A stretch of 64,000 nucleotides of DNA, from positions 617,083 through 681,082 of the forward strand of contig CBFFRQ010000030.1 of the NCBI GenBank assembly GCA_965644315.1, given 5' to 3'. The stretch comes from Caecitellus pseudoparvulus (Eukaryota > Protista > Bigyra: Bicosoecida). The translations under genes were made by a program, and so were the position numbers. Positions 32,901 to 42,700 of this stretch are shown one piece after another. The stretch's first letter is position 1. The number at the start of each line of letters is the position of its first letter. A model generated the notes under the pieces. The model ran no database searches. It saw only the letters and a list, made by a program, of their open reading frames with translations, and was not told the DNA's origin.

Positions 32901-33907
32901 TGCTCATGAAGCTGCACGCCCAGCACAGCGAGGAGCAGGAGCTCATCGCCTTCCTGCAGCAGGAGCTGACGGACAGGGATGGCTGCGTGCTGGACAAGCG
33001 GTACGCCCTGCGCGTCTGTGCACGCCACGCGCGCAAGGAGGCTTGCGCACACTTGTACTCCAGCATGGGCCTGCACGAGGAGGCCGTGCGCCTGGCGCTG
33101 TCCGTGTCTGTGGACCTTGCAGTGCAGTGTGTGCAGCCTGTGAAGGCGCTGGAGGCGTCCACCGAGTCGCGCATCTTGCTGCGGCGCCTGTACCGCCTCA
33201 TCGTGCTGCACGTCCTGAGCCAGGGTGGCGGCAGCCGGGAGAGCGTGGCAGAGGCCATTCGCCTTGTGCACGACAGCAAGGTGCTGAGTGTGGAGGACAT
33301 CCTGCCCATTCTGCCCGGCACCACGAAGATTGACGAGGTGAAGGGGGCCATCGAGGCCAGCCTGGCGCGCTCTACCCAGACCATCGAGGGCTTGCGCGAC
33401 GGCATGAAGGTGCTGACAAGCAACGCTGACAAGATCGGGGAGGCCATCCGGGAGCTGCGCGCTCGCTACGCGGTGGTGTCCAGCGACCAGCGCTGTGTGC
33501 TGTCTGGCGTGCCCGTCCTGGGCTCGCCCATGTACGTGTTCCCCACTGGGAACGTGTACAGGGCAGACGCCCTGGCGCAGTTCGTCGTGCCCCACCTGCC
33601 GGCCAAGACCAGGAAGCAGTTGCACGGACTGCAAGGCAGCATCAGCCAGACGCAGGCCCGACTTAGCTCTGCGCGGGCAGCCATGGAGCGCCGTGGCGCC
33701 GGTGCAGCCGTCGAGGCGGACGAGGAGCCTGCAGCCAAGCGTGTGGAGCGCCTGGCGGCTGAGCTGCAGGGCATGCAGGCGGAGTTGGACGAGCTGGTCG
33801 CAGGGGACGACCCCCTCTGCGGCGAGCTGGTCATTGACACCATCGACACGCCCTTCGGTAAGGCCCCTGGCGAGGAGCTCTGGTGCCGCCTTGACTGGCA
33901 GCTGTGA
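29971..33907 (+). CDS. VPS18: Vacuolar protein sorting 18 (Vps18/Pep3, HOPS/CORVET core); introns 30013-30081, 30172-30239, 30516-30591, 31750-31826 and 32095-32168
   Basis: HPSGQHALV, LLAT..PARLYEF.G, VSDYHILYL...LVAVNRVS, EG..LW..FL, FAAST..FE, QRTLLATWLLEVFL, ALHNLL..L, D.RYALRVC, LYSSMGLHEEAV.LAL, LSVEDILP, a coiled coil and C-terminal PLCGELVIDTIDTPF. Five GT-AG introns restore the frame. Confidence 0.92.
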
Positions 33908-33969
33908 ATGCATGCATGCGAAGCTGGCGATGTGTGTGTGTGTGCACATTATGCATTGGGCCGGGGCCG

Positions 33970-36900
33970 TCACTTGCGTGGGCTGTGGGCCAGCCCGATG
34001 CGCCCAGGTGAGGCCATGGCCAGCGCAGAGTCCGCTTGCCGATCGCGCGGACGCCGCGCAGCCAGACGCTTGTTGGAAGCCTGCACATCCGCTTCGACTT
34101 GAGCAGCGATGCTGGCTTGCTCGGCTGCCTTGAGCGCAGCCCTGGCGCGCTCCAGGGCGGCTTTGGACCGCCCGTGCTTGCCAGTGACCTTGGCGGCGGC
34201 GCGCAAGACAGCTAGGTTGCCTTGCAGGTTCTTGCGCATGGCCGCGGCAGCCGGGCTACGTGACAGCGCTGGCTGTGACTGGCCCGCCGCGGAGGCGGCC
34301 TGTGGTGCATCCTGCTCAACAGCCGCACCATCGTGGATGGAGGCTTCCTTACGTTCCGGCTCGGCTGGGGCAGCGCTTGCGCTCGCATCGGGCGTTTTAT
34401 CCAGTTCCGTGCCACTGCCATGTGAGCCATCTTCACTCGTGTAGGAGTCGCTGGAGGAGTCTGCTGCTTCGGGGCCGGTGCTGTCCTGCACATGCCCTGA
34501 CACAGCATCCCCGATTGCAGCTGGGGTGTCGGCGCCTGCGCTTGGGGATAGCGCAGCCGGCACTTCTTGCTCAAGGGTTGGTGCGGGGCTCGCATCACTG
34601 TCATCTGAAAAGTCTGGCACTGGCGGAGGCACAGGCTGCACAGGTGCCGACTCCGGCGCAGCCACTTGCTGTCCACTTGCTGGCTCGTCGTCAGCTGGGG
34701 GCCTGGTCGCGGACATTGGCGGGGAGGGGGGCGGCAGAGGCAGGGCGTCTTCTTCACTGCTGTCGTCCGATGCAGGCTCGGAGGACACTGACCTGCCTAG
34801 GGCTCTGGCCTTGCCTTTCGGCAGGGACGGTCCGGTCTCGCCTCGAAGGTGCGGGGGAGGCGACCGCGCAGCAGCACCGGCGTTCCGGCGCCAGGCAGCG
34901 GCAAAGCGCTGCTGAGCAGTGACGGATGTCACCGCAGCGGAGAGGCCAGGTGGAGGGCGCGCCTGCCCATCGTCGGCGCCTGCACTGTGGCCCTCCTTGC
35001 CCTCCCTCACTGCCACTCCTTCTTCATGGGCGGAGGGCTCAGTGGGCGGGGCTGCGTTGTCCTCGCCGTCTGAGGGTGGCACGGGGCCTGGAGCGTGGGA
35101 TGGCGCAGGCCCCCGCCCGCCGCGGCCCTGTTCAATGTCGGGCTCAGGTTGACCTCCCATGCCGCCGGCACCCTCCTCCTCCGCCTCTTCCTCAGCATAC
35201 AGGTGTGCGATCGGGTCTCGGGATCGGCAGCACAGGCAGCAGGGGTCCCCCACTTCGTCCCCCTCTGGCAGGCCGGTCTCCTCACGCAGGGTGCGTTGCA
35301 CAGCACCTGGCGGGACAGAAGCCCCTTCATCATCCGCGCGTGTACCATGCCCAATGCTGCTTTCGCGCGAGGGGGCTTCAGAGGACAGGGGAGAAGCTGA
35401 TGGTGTGGTCTGCAAGCCCACGCTATCGGCGACAACGCTGCCGGAGGGAGTGCTCCGCTGGGATTCGCAGGCAGGGTCAGCGAGAGCCCCTGCTCCACCA
35501 AGCCCGCCTTGCATGCTTGACTGGCCTTGATTGAAGCGCTCTGCCGCAGCGGTGGCGGAGTACCCTTGGGGTGGGCCGGGCAGTTCCTCTGAGGAGTGGT
35601 GCCCCATGCGCCCCACCACACGCGACGGCGGTGCCGTGCGCCGCTCATGTGGCAGCGTGCTGTACACATCTACAGGCTCCTCATCATCAGCACGTGGCTC
35701 CTCTCCTCGCTTGGGCGTGCCCACGGCGGCCAGTTGGGCCTGCACTGCGGCTGCCTTGGCTGCGCCGGCCGCCGAGCGCATGCCCCTCACGCCATAGTGC
35801 TGGGCCGCGAGCTGAGCGGCAGTGGCAGACGCGACGGGGTCCATCTCAGCGGCCGCTATGTCTTCGTCCTTGCGCGGGGGGCGGTACACGGCGGCCAGGC
35901 TGCCGTCCAAGGCCACGCCGTCCACGCCATCCTCACCTGCGGCACAGGCCCACACGGCAGCCGGCAGCATGGACACCCGAACAGCGTCATCCACCGCGTA
36001 CAGCTGCTTCATGATGCGCGCGTCGAGGGACAGCAGGACCCTGGGGATGCCCCGCAGGCCGGCAGTGAAGCTGTCCAGGTAGTACGTGCGCAGGGCAGGC
36101 AGGACGGCGGTGAAGGGCGCCAGGGCCATGCCCAGCACCATGGCGACGAGGAGGGCGGGGAGGAGGAAGAGGAAGAGCAGGATGAAGCCGAACTTGGCAC
36201 TTGCAGGGCGCTCCTTGGCGGTGAAGGCGGCGATGGCGCGGGAGTACAGGAGCAGGATGGACAGCGGCGCGACGGCCAGCAGGTACAGCGGCCACAGCAG
36301 GCATAGGGCAGGCAAGGCGATGAGGCCCACTAGCACGCTGAGGGCAGCAGCGGAGAGGTTCAGGGGCGGGGCCTCCTCCCCTGTCTTGGCGCTTTGCGGG
36401 GTGGTGTCCATGCCGATGACGGCGAGGAGGTTGGTGGCGCCGCCGCAGATGAACGCGTTGCTCTCGGAGTTGAGCAGCAGTAGCTTGGACAGCGCGTAGC
36501 CCACGGGGAGGCCGAAGTAGTGCAGGGGCTGGGCGATGGGCGGGCCGACTGTGATGAGCTGAGCGCAGGCTACACTGGCGTGCCAGAGTCCCCACAGCGG
36601 GGACCAGGCAATGGCCAGCGCCAGCAGCACTGGCAGCATGAGGTTGACGCCCATGAAGCCCAGGACGAGGCAGGGGCTGTCCCGCATCTTGGAGCGGGCG
36701 AAGCCATAGTAGGAGGCACGCCCCCACAGCCCTACAAAGAGGCGGCCCAGGAGCAGGGGCGCTTTGAGGGCTAGGATGAGCGTGCCGCCGACGATGCAGG
36801 CCGCTGCGAGGAAGGGCCACAGGAGGAGGGCCACTGCGGCGTCCAGGAAGGAGAACTCGATGGGTCCGCCTTGTCGCTGCGTGCAGCGGGCCTCTTCCAT

Positions 36901-37827
36901 GATGGCGTACACCTCCTCGAAGGCCATGACGTGGATGAACTCCCACAACTCCGCCAGCTGCACCGGCGTGGCCATGAACGCAAAGACGAAGGCACCACCC
37001 TTGTCTGGGCCCAGGATGGTATTGGGAATGCGCTCGTAGTTCAGGGACATGGGGAACAGGAACGCGAAGAGCACGCTGCCGAGCACTGCCGCGAGAACTG
37101 CGAAGGGGCCAGAGCGCTGTGTGCCAGACGCGCCCAGCGTGGCAAAGGGCACCGCGCTCAACGCACAGAAGTTCGCAAGGGCCAGAAGGGCGCCGGGGAT
37201 GAGAAAAATCGCACACAGCACCTTCAGATTCGGTCCGAGTCGTGGTGTGCTGCGGGGGGCGGCGTGGTTGGCAAGTGTGGGGGCCGTTGTGACCCGGGCA
37301 GCGCAGCTGAGCACGCACAAGCGGAGGAAGGCAAAGGCGTGGTCCATGTACGAGAAGAAGTTCAAGGCCACGATGACAAGAGATGCAATGATTGCAGCCA
37401 GCAGGATGAAGGGCAGCATGAGCGCGCCTTGGACCATGGACCAGCTGTGCGAGGGCAGGGTTGTGTGCGGAAATTGAACAGGCGTTGGCGCCAGGCACGG
37501 TTGCCACGCCCTCACGCACAGGAAGACGAGGATCATGGTGAGCACGAGACACACCCCTGTGGGCGCATCTGGACCACGTGGTACAGGTGCCAGCACGCGC
37601 ACACCCTGCCGCCTGTCGCCGCGGCGCGTTGCTGGCCGTTGCACAGAGTCTCGCTGTGAGCCATCCGAGAACTCAGAGCCGTCCTCGCCGTAGTGCGCAC
37701 CGGCTTGGTCCGAGTCCTCGGAGAAATCATCGACACCGTGTGCAAGGCGCTCAGCAGGGGGCTCTGGGGGCGGCAGGAAGGCACTGGGGCCCGCAATGGG
37801 CTTCCTTGGCCTGCTGGGGCTGTCCAT
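33970..37827 (-). CDS. Multipass membrane protein resembling the plant uncharacterised At3g27390 family, with a long disordered C-terminal tail
   Basis: More than 10 hydrophobic segments at about 36050-37550. TPRLGPNLKVL...LGSVLFAFLFP and LILALKAPLLL.RLF resemble that family as I recall it. Pro/Ser/acidic tail. In-frame introns near the 5' end are likely but not resolved. Confidence 0.65.
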   Translation of the reverse strand: MDSPSRPRKPIAGPSAFLPPPEPPAERLAHGVDDFSEDSDQAGAHYGEDGSEFSDGSQRDSVQRPATRRGDRRQGVRVLAPVPRGPDAPTGVCLVLTMILVFLCVRAWQPCLAPTPVQFPHTTLPSHSWSMVQGALMLPFILLAAIIASLVIVALNFFSYMDHAFAFLRLCVLSCAARVTTAPTLANHAAPRSTPRLGPNLKVLCAIFLIPGALLALANFCALSAVPFATLGASGTQRSGPFAVLAAVLGSVLFAFLFPMSLNYERIPNTILGPDKGGAFVFAFMATPVQLAELWEFIHVMAFEEVYAIMEEARCTQRQGGPIEFSFLDAAVALLLWPFLAAACIVGGTLILALKAPLLLGRLFVGLWGRASYYGFARSKMRDSPCLVLGFMGVNLMLPVLLALAIAWSPLWGLWHASVACAQLITVGPPIAQPLHYFGLPVGYALSKLLLLNSESNAFICGGATNLLAVIGMDTTPQSAKTGEEAPPLNLSAAALSVLVGLIALPALCLLWPLYLLAVAPLSILLLYSRAIAAFTAKERPASAKFGFILLFLFLLPALLVAMVLGMALAPFTAVLPALRTYYLDSFTAGLRGIPRVLLSLDARIMKQLYAVDDAVRVSMLPAAVWACAAGEDGVDGVALDGSLAAVYRPPRKDEDIAAAEMDPVASATAAQLAAQHYGVRGMRSAAGAAKAAAVQAQLAAVGTPKRGEEPRADDEEPVDVYSTLPHERRTAPPSRVVGRMGHHSSEELPGPPQGYSATAAAERFNQGQSSMQGGLGGAGALADPACESQRSTPSGSVVADSVGLQTTPSASPLSSEAPSRESSIGHGTRADDEGASVPPGAVQRTLREETGLPEGDEVGDPCCLCCRSRDPIAHLYAEEEAEEEGAGGMGGQPEPDIEQGRGGRGPAPSHAPGPVPPSDGEDNAAPPTEPSAHEEGVAVREGKEGHSAGADDGQARPPPGLSAAVTSVTAQQRFAAAWRRNAGAAARSPPPHLRGETGPSLPKGKARALGRSVSSEPASDDSSEEDALPLPPPSPPMSATRPPADDEPASGQQVAAPESAPVQPVPPPVPDFSDDSDASPAPTLEQEVPAALSPSAGADTPAAIGDAVSGHVQDSTGPEAADSSSDSYTSEDGSHGSGTELDKTPDASASAAPAEPERKEASIHDGAAVEQDAPQAASAAGQSQPALSRSPAAAAMRKNLQGNLAVLRAAAKVTGKHGRSKAALERARAALKAAEQASIAAQVEADVQASNKRLAARRPRDRQADSALAMASPGRIGLAHSPRK

Positions 37828-37996
37828 GCCGCAGGCGCCTCACTCTGGCTCTCGCCGGCGTCCACCACGGCTCCGGGGCAGCACGCAGCTGCGGCGCGCA
37901 GCAGGCGTGGACACAGTGGGCGTTTTGAAAAACCCTGCTCAGGCACAGGACAGGTGGTTCTGCATTTGGCCGCGCACTGCGACTGCCGCACGCCGC

Positions 37997-39281
37997 CTAC
38001 ATGAACAGCACCTGGCTCAGGCGCTTGCGGCCCTCCACGGCCAGAGGCTGGGCAGGCCCCAGGGCGTCAAAGATGGACACCAGCAGCTTGCGCGCAGCCG
38101 CACGGACGTCGCCCTTGTCCAGGCGCACCGCCAGCAAGCCAGCGTCGATGCTGGTGTCCAGGAGGCCCTGTGCCGCCGCCACGCGGCAGGCCAGGAGGTG
38201 CTTGGCTGCGTTCTTGGGGTCTGCCTGCACTGCAGCTGCAGCCTCCTCCATGCTCATGCTCTGGGCCTGTGCATCCTCAGCCACCAGCGCCGTCAGCGCC
38301 GCCTGGGCCAGGGACGCAGCGATGCGCGGTGCAGACACGAACTTCATGAACTCGGCGCTGCGCAGAGTGGCCACTGCCGCCTTGCTCGCCTCCTCGTCGC
38401 CCTGCACCAGCGCCAGGCGCAGCTGTGCCGCCACAGCCTCCGCTCGAGCGCCCTGCACATCCTCAGGCACTTTGCCACTGGGCGCCTCTGCTGCTGCTGC
38501 CGCGCCCAGCTCCACAGCCTGCTCCAGCAGCGCAGACGCCTCGGTGCGTTGGCCCTGCAGCATGGCTGCATCGGCCGCCTCCACCAGTTGCCGCAGTTGT
38601 GCCGCTGGGCCGCTGGGCGCTACCTGCCCGCCGCCCGCCTCCAGCAGCTGCTTCATGAAGCTGGCCACCTCTGTGTCCGGCACGGCGCCCTGGAAGGAGG
38701 CGGCCATCTTGCCGCCGACGATGCCGACGACGGTGGGCAAGGACCGCACCTGCATGGCCTGTGCCAGTTGTGGCTCCTGGTCTGTGTTCACCTTGGCCAG
38801 GATGACGGCACCGCCCTGCGCCTTGACTGCGGCCTCCAGGCGGGGGCCCAGCTCGCGACAGGGCCCACACCAGTCGGCCCAGAAGTCCAGGATGACGGGC
38901 ACCTTGCTGCCCATGACGACATCCCGGAAGGTGGTGGTGGTGACGTCAATGATCCACTCGCCAGGGGCGGCGGCGGCACCACCTGCACCAGCTGGTGCAG
39001 GTGGCGCCGCGGGTGCAGGGGTGGACATGGCAGCTCCAGAGCTGTCCAGGATGACGGGCGGGCCCTGTTGTCCTCCTGGGGGGGGGGAGTGTGGAGCAGG
39101 TGGTGCTCTGCGCAGCGATGACGGCAGCACGGCGGATTCTGTGCGTACCTGCTCCGCCGGCAGTGGAGAATGCGGCCCTGCCAGCAGTCTGAGGCATGGC
39201 CCGCCACATCGTGCGCAAGTATGCTGGACTCCATCTGGCTGCTGCTGCTGAGGCAGCTCGGGAAGTTGCTTGCAAGGCCAT
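37997..39281 (-). CDS. cnoX: CnoX/YbbN-type chaperedoxin (thioredoxin + TPR) with a mitochondrial-type presequence; exons 39281-39149 and 39075-37997
   Basis: IIDVTTTTFRDVVMGSKVPVILDFWADWCGPCREL, QVRSLPTV, FQGAVP, TPR-like helices and the C-terminus ARKLLVSIFDALG...GRKRLSQVLF. Intron 39076-39148 (GTACGC..CCCAG, 73 nt) adds MALQATSRAAS...RAAFST in frame. Confidence 0.88.
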
Positions 39282-39750
39282 GGTGCGAAACGCGCCTGAA
39301 ACGTGTGCGAAGGGTGCTTCCGAACAGGAGCGCAAGGGCGTGAAGCATGCAAGGTGGAGATACTGCACAAGGCGAAAGCAACGTGCGGTGTGTCTACGGG
39401 CAGTTTTTGCACAAGCGGCTGCAATGCGTAGCTCGGCGAAACAGCACCCTCCGTTAGTGAATCCACCTGCACTGCTGCCTCCCACGCAAATTCATGAAAC
39501 GAGCAAGCTGCAACCTAGATGCAGCATCGTCGCGGACTGCCTTCAGTTCCCATTTGCAGAGCTGCAGCGCTGATCGCCGCGTCGAGGCAGGAGCAACGGG
39601 AGGGTTTGGCCGGCCGAGCGGGCGTTTCCCAGCCAAGCGCAGCTGGCACCACCTGTGCCGTGCAGGCCTGCCTGAGCGCCCAGTTGAGCCCCGTGCACAC
39701 GGTAGAGTTGCACACCTTGCAGGTAGCTGCCCGCTGCCTGCGTAGCACTC

Positions 39751-42700
39751 ATGGCTCAGTCAGCATGGTTTGGCGAGGTTGCCGCCTCCTTCCTGGGCTT
39801 CGACCTGCCGTCAGCATGGCCTGCGGCACTGGCCAAAGCAACGAACAAGGAGAAGGTGTCCCACATGCTGTCATCTGATGCAGCATCTGGAACGACTCTG
39901 TACGTGTGGACGGAGGAGGTGTCCATGGAGCGGGAGGTGCCAGCAGGAGGCAACGGCGGTTCAATTTCCGCCGGGCACGCCGGTGGCAGGGAAGCCAGCG
40001 GCGGCGCCGGGAGAGACGCCGTCGGCGGGCCCGGGCATGCCGAGAGCAAAGGGGAAGGCGGCAGCGGCGATGGCGGCGCGGAGGGGCTTCGTCTGGAGGC
40101 GGTGACGGACTACGCCGTTCGCATGCAGCTGCACGATCTGCCATCGGGGTTTGCCGGCATGGCCGTGTACTTCATCAAGTCCGTGGACGAGGCGGCGCCT
40201 TCCGCGCCCGACGACGCGGCGCTGGACGATGTGATGGGAGAGCACTACGAGTACGGCAGTGTGACGGGCGACCCGCTTTCCAGCATGCAGTTCATGCTGA
40301 GCGAGGTGTTCACGCCGGCGCTGTCCACGTTGCTGGGCAGCAAGGTGCCGGGCGGTGACGTCTCCGACCGGCACTCGGACGACTACCGGTCGGTGGTGTC
40401 AGGGTTCATGCAGGGGGCTGGGGGCGCTGGCTCCGCCCTGGGCCACAGCATGCGGTCAGGGGACGTGGGGTCCGTGGCGGGGAAGGGCTTCGGCGGCGCC
40501 AGCGTGATGGGGGGCGGCCGCCGTGGCTTCGTGGGCGGCGCCAGTGTGCGCATGGGGTCTGCCAGCGTGTTGGGGGGACAGACCACCGCCACGGGGGGGG
40601 TGGGCGGCCCTCCCGTGGCGGAGGTGCCGGTGCCGGCGGAGGTGGAGGACAGTGTGGCCACCGTGTCCGATGGCGTGCGAGGGGAGTTCCGCGCCGCCCT
40701 CTCACGCTTCTCGAAGCAGATGGGCAACACGCTGGCGCAGGTGACGGGGAACCTGCAGGTGGCCATGCCCAAGGTGACCATCAGCGACCCCACCATGGCG
40801 GCAGAGGACAGCACGACTCGGGACATTGTGCAGAACGCCGTGGCGGAGTGGTCTGCCACCATCAACGCCGTGCTGGGCGGCATGGCAGAGGAGCTGGACC
40901 GCCGCAGCATGGTGAAGCCCCTGGCGGAGCTGGAGTTCTGGCGCTCCCACAACGCCACTCTGGCCGCGCTGTACGAACAGCTGTCTGCGCCGGAGGTCAA
41001 GCGCATGTTGGAGGTGCTGCGGGCGGCTGGGGACCAGCAAGACCTGGTGCTGTTCGCCAAGGCCTTTGAGGAGCTGGCCCGGGCGCATGTGGAGACGAAC
41101 GACAACGTCCGTTTCCTGAGCACTGTGGACCGGCACTTCAAGGTGCTGGCGTCGGGCAGCCTGTCAGCGGTGCGGGAGGCGGTGCCGGGCATGGTGAGCG
41201 CGCTGCAGACCATCTGGGTCATCTCCCGGCACTACAACACGGAGAGCCGCATGCTGCCGCTGCTGCTGGGCATCGAGGCGGAGCTGGTGGAGAAGGTGAC
41301 GACGGAGGCCAACGTGAAGAGCGTCCTGCGGCTGCCCCGGGCGACGGCGGCCGGCACGCTGCAGGCGGCACACGATGTGCTGCAGGCGTGGGAGACGTCC
41401 TTCGCCGAGGCGCGTGACGCCATTGAGGAGGCCAACGCCGACCGGCGTTGGGAGTTCAGCGACCACAAGCTGTTCGGGCGAGCCCGGCACATGCGCGCCG
41501 TGCTGCGGGCGCTCATGGAGGTGGTCACGGTGACGGACGAGTTCGACGGCTTCTTCCGGGCGCCAGACATCTCCGACATCACCTCCGACGCGGAGCAGGT
41601 GAAGGCTGTCATCCGCCTCGTCAGCCGCCTCAAGCGCCCCCTGCTGAAGCTGCAGTACAAGCCCTTCGAGCCGCAGCGCGTGCGGCAGTGGGAGGCAGAT
41701 ATGCAGACCTTCCGCGGCAAGGTGGCGGACATCGAGGCCCGCACGACGCAGTTCATCGACGCCGCCTTTGACCGCCTGCGCAGCTCCATGGGCGCCTTTG
41801 CGCTGCTGCAGCAGATCCAGCACATGCAGCTGCGCGACACCATCCGCCAGCAGCTGGACTCCAAGACGCAGCACATCGTGGAGCGCGCACGCACGGAGCT
41901 GGCAGAGACGGCGGCGCAGTTTCGGGCCGGCAAGGGTGACCCCCCCCGCTTCAAGAACTACCCCCCCGTGGCTGGCGCCATCGCCTGGGCCCACGCTCTG
42001 TACACGCGGCAGAAGACGCCCATCGTGAAGTTCAGGGCCATGCCGCAGCTGCTGGCGTCGCCGCCGGGGCGCCTGCTGAAGGCGGAGTACCTCGCCTTTG
42101 CCAAGGAGGTGGATGCGTACATCAAGGAGCTGTACGGCGGGTGGGTGGTGCTGGCTGAGAAGGAGGTGCGGGCGCTGCTGGAGACGCCCGTCTTGGGGCC
42201 GGCCCTGCACGATGCGCCACAGCTGCCCAAGGACCTCATGCCGCCCGGATCCGGCGCGTCAGAAGGGCCGGACGCAGGACTGGTGCTGGCTGCCGCTGCG
42301 GCCGCCGCCGCCACTGCAGACCAGGTGCCGGGGCCTGGCGTGGACTGGGATGCCCGCCGCATGCCCGTGCCGCCGTACCACGTGAACTTCTCCCCTGCTC
42401 TGAGCACCATCATCCGTGAGGCGCGCCTGCTGGACCGCCTGGGCTTCGAGGTGCCCGAGGCCGCCCTGAACGTGACGCTGCAGGAGGACAAATTCCGCAC
42501 CTTCGTCGGGCGCCTGCGCGGCATGCTGCAGCGGTACCACACCGTCCTGCGGGACCTGCGCCCCTTCGAGTGCTCCTTGCTGCAGCGACAGCTGGCTGAC
42601 CTGCGCAGCACGGTGCGGCAGGGCTTCTCGCCGCTGAACTGGAACTCCCTGCACATCCTCGCGTACATCGAGGATGTGCAGAAGGCCCTGACGGGCTTCG

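Noticed and set aside
18532-33907. Apparent frameshifts or pseudogenes in the NYN, ALG2, RRM and Vps18 genes
   Set aside because: Every break is resolved by a canonical GT-AG intron of 62-93 nt that restores conserved motifs.
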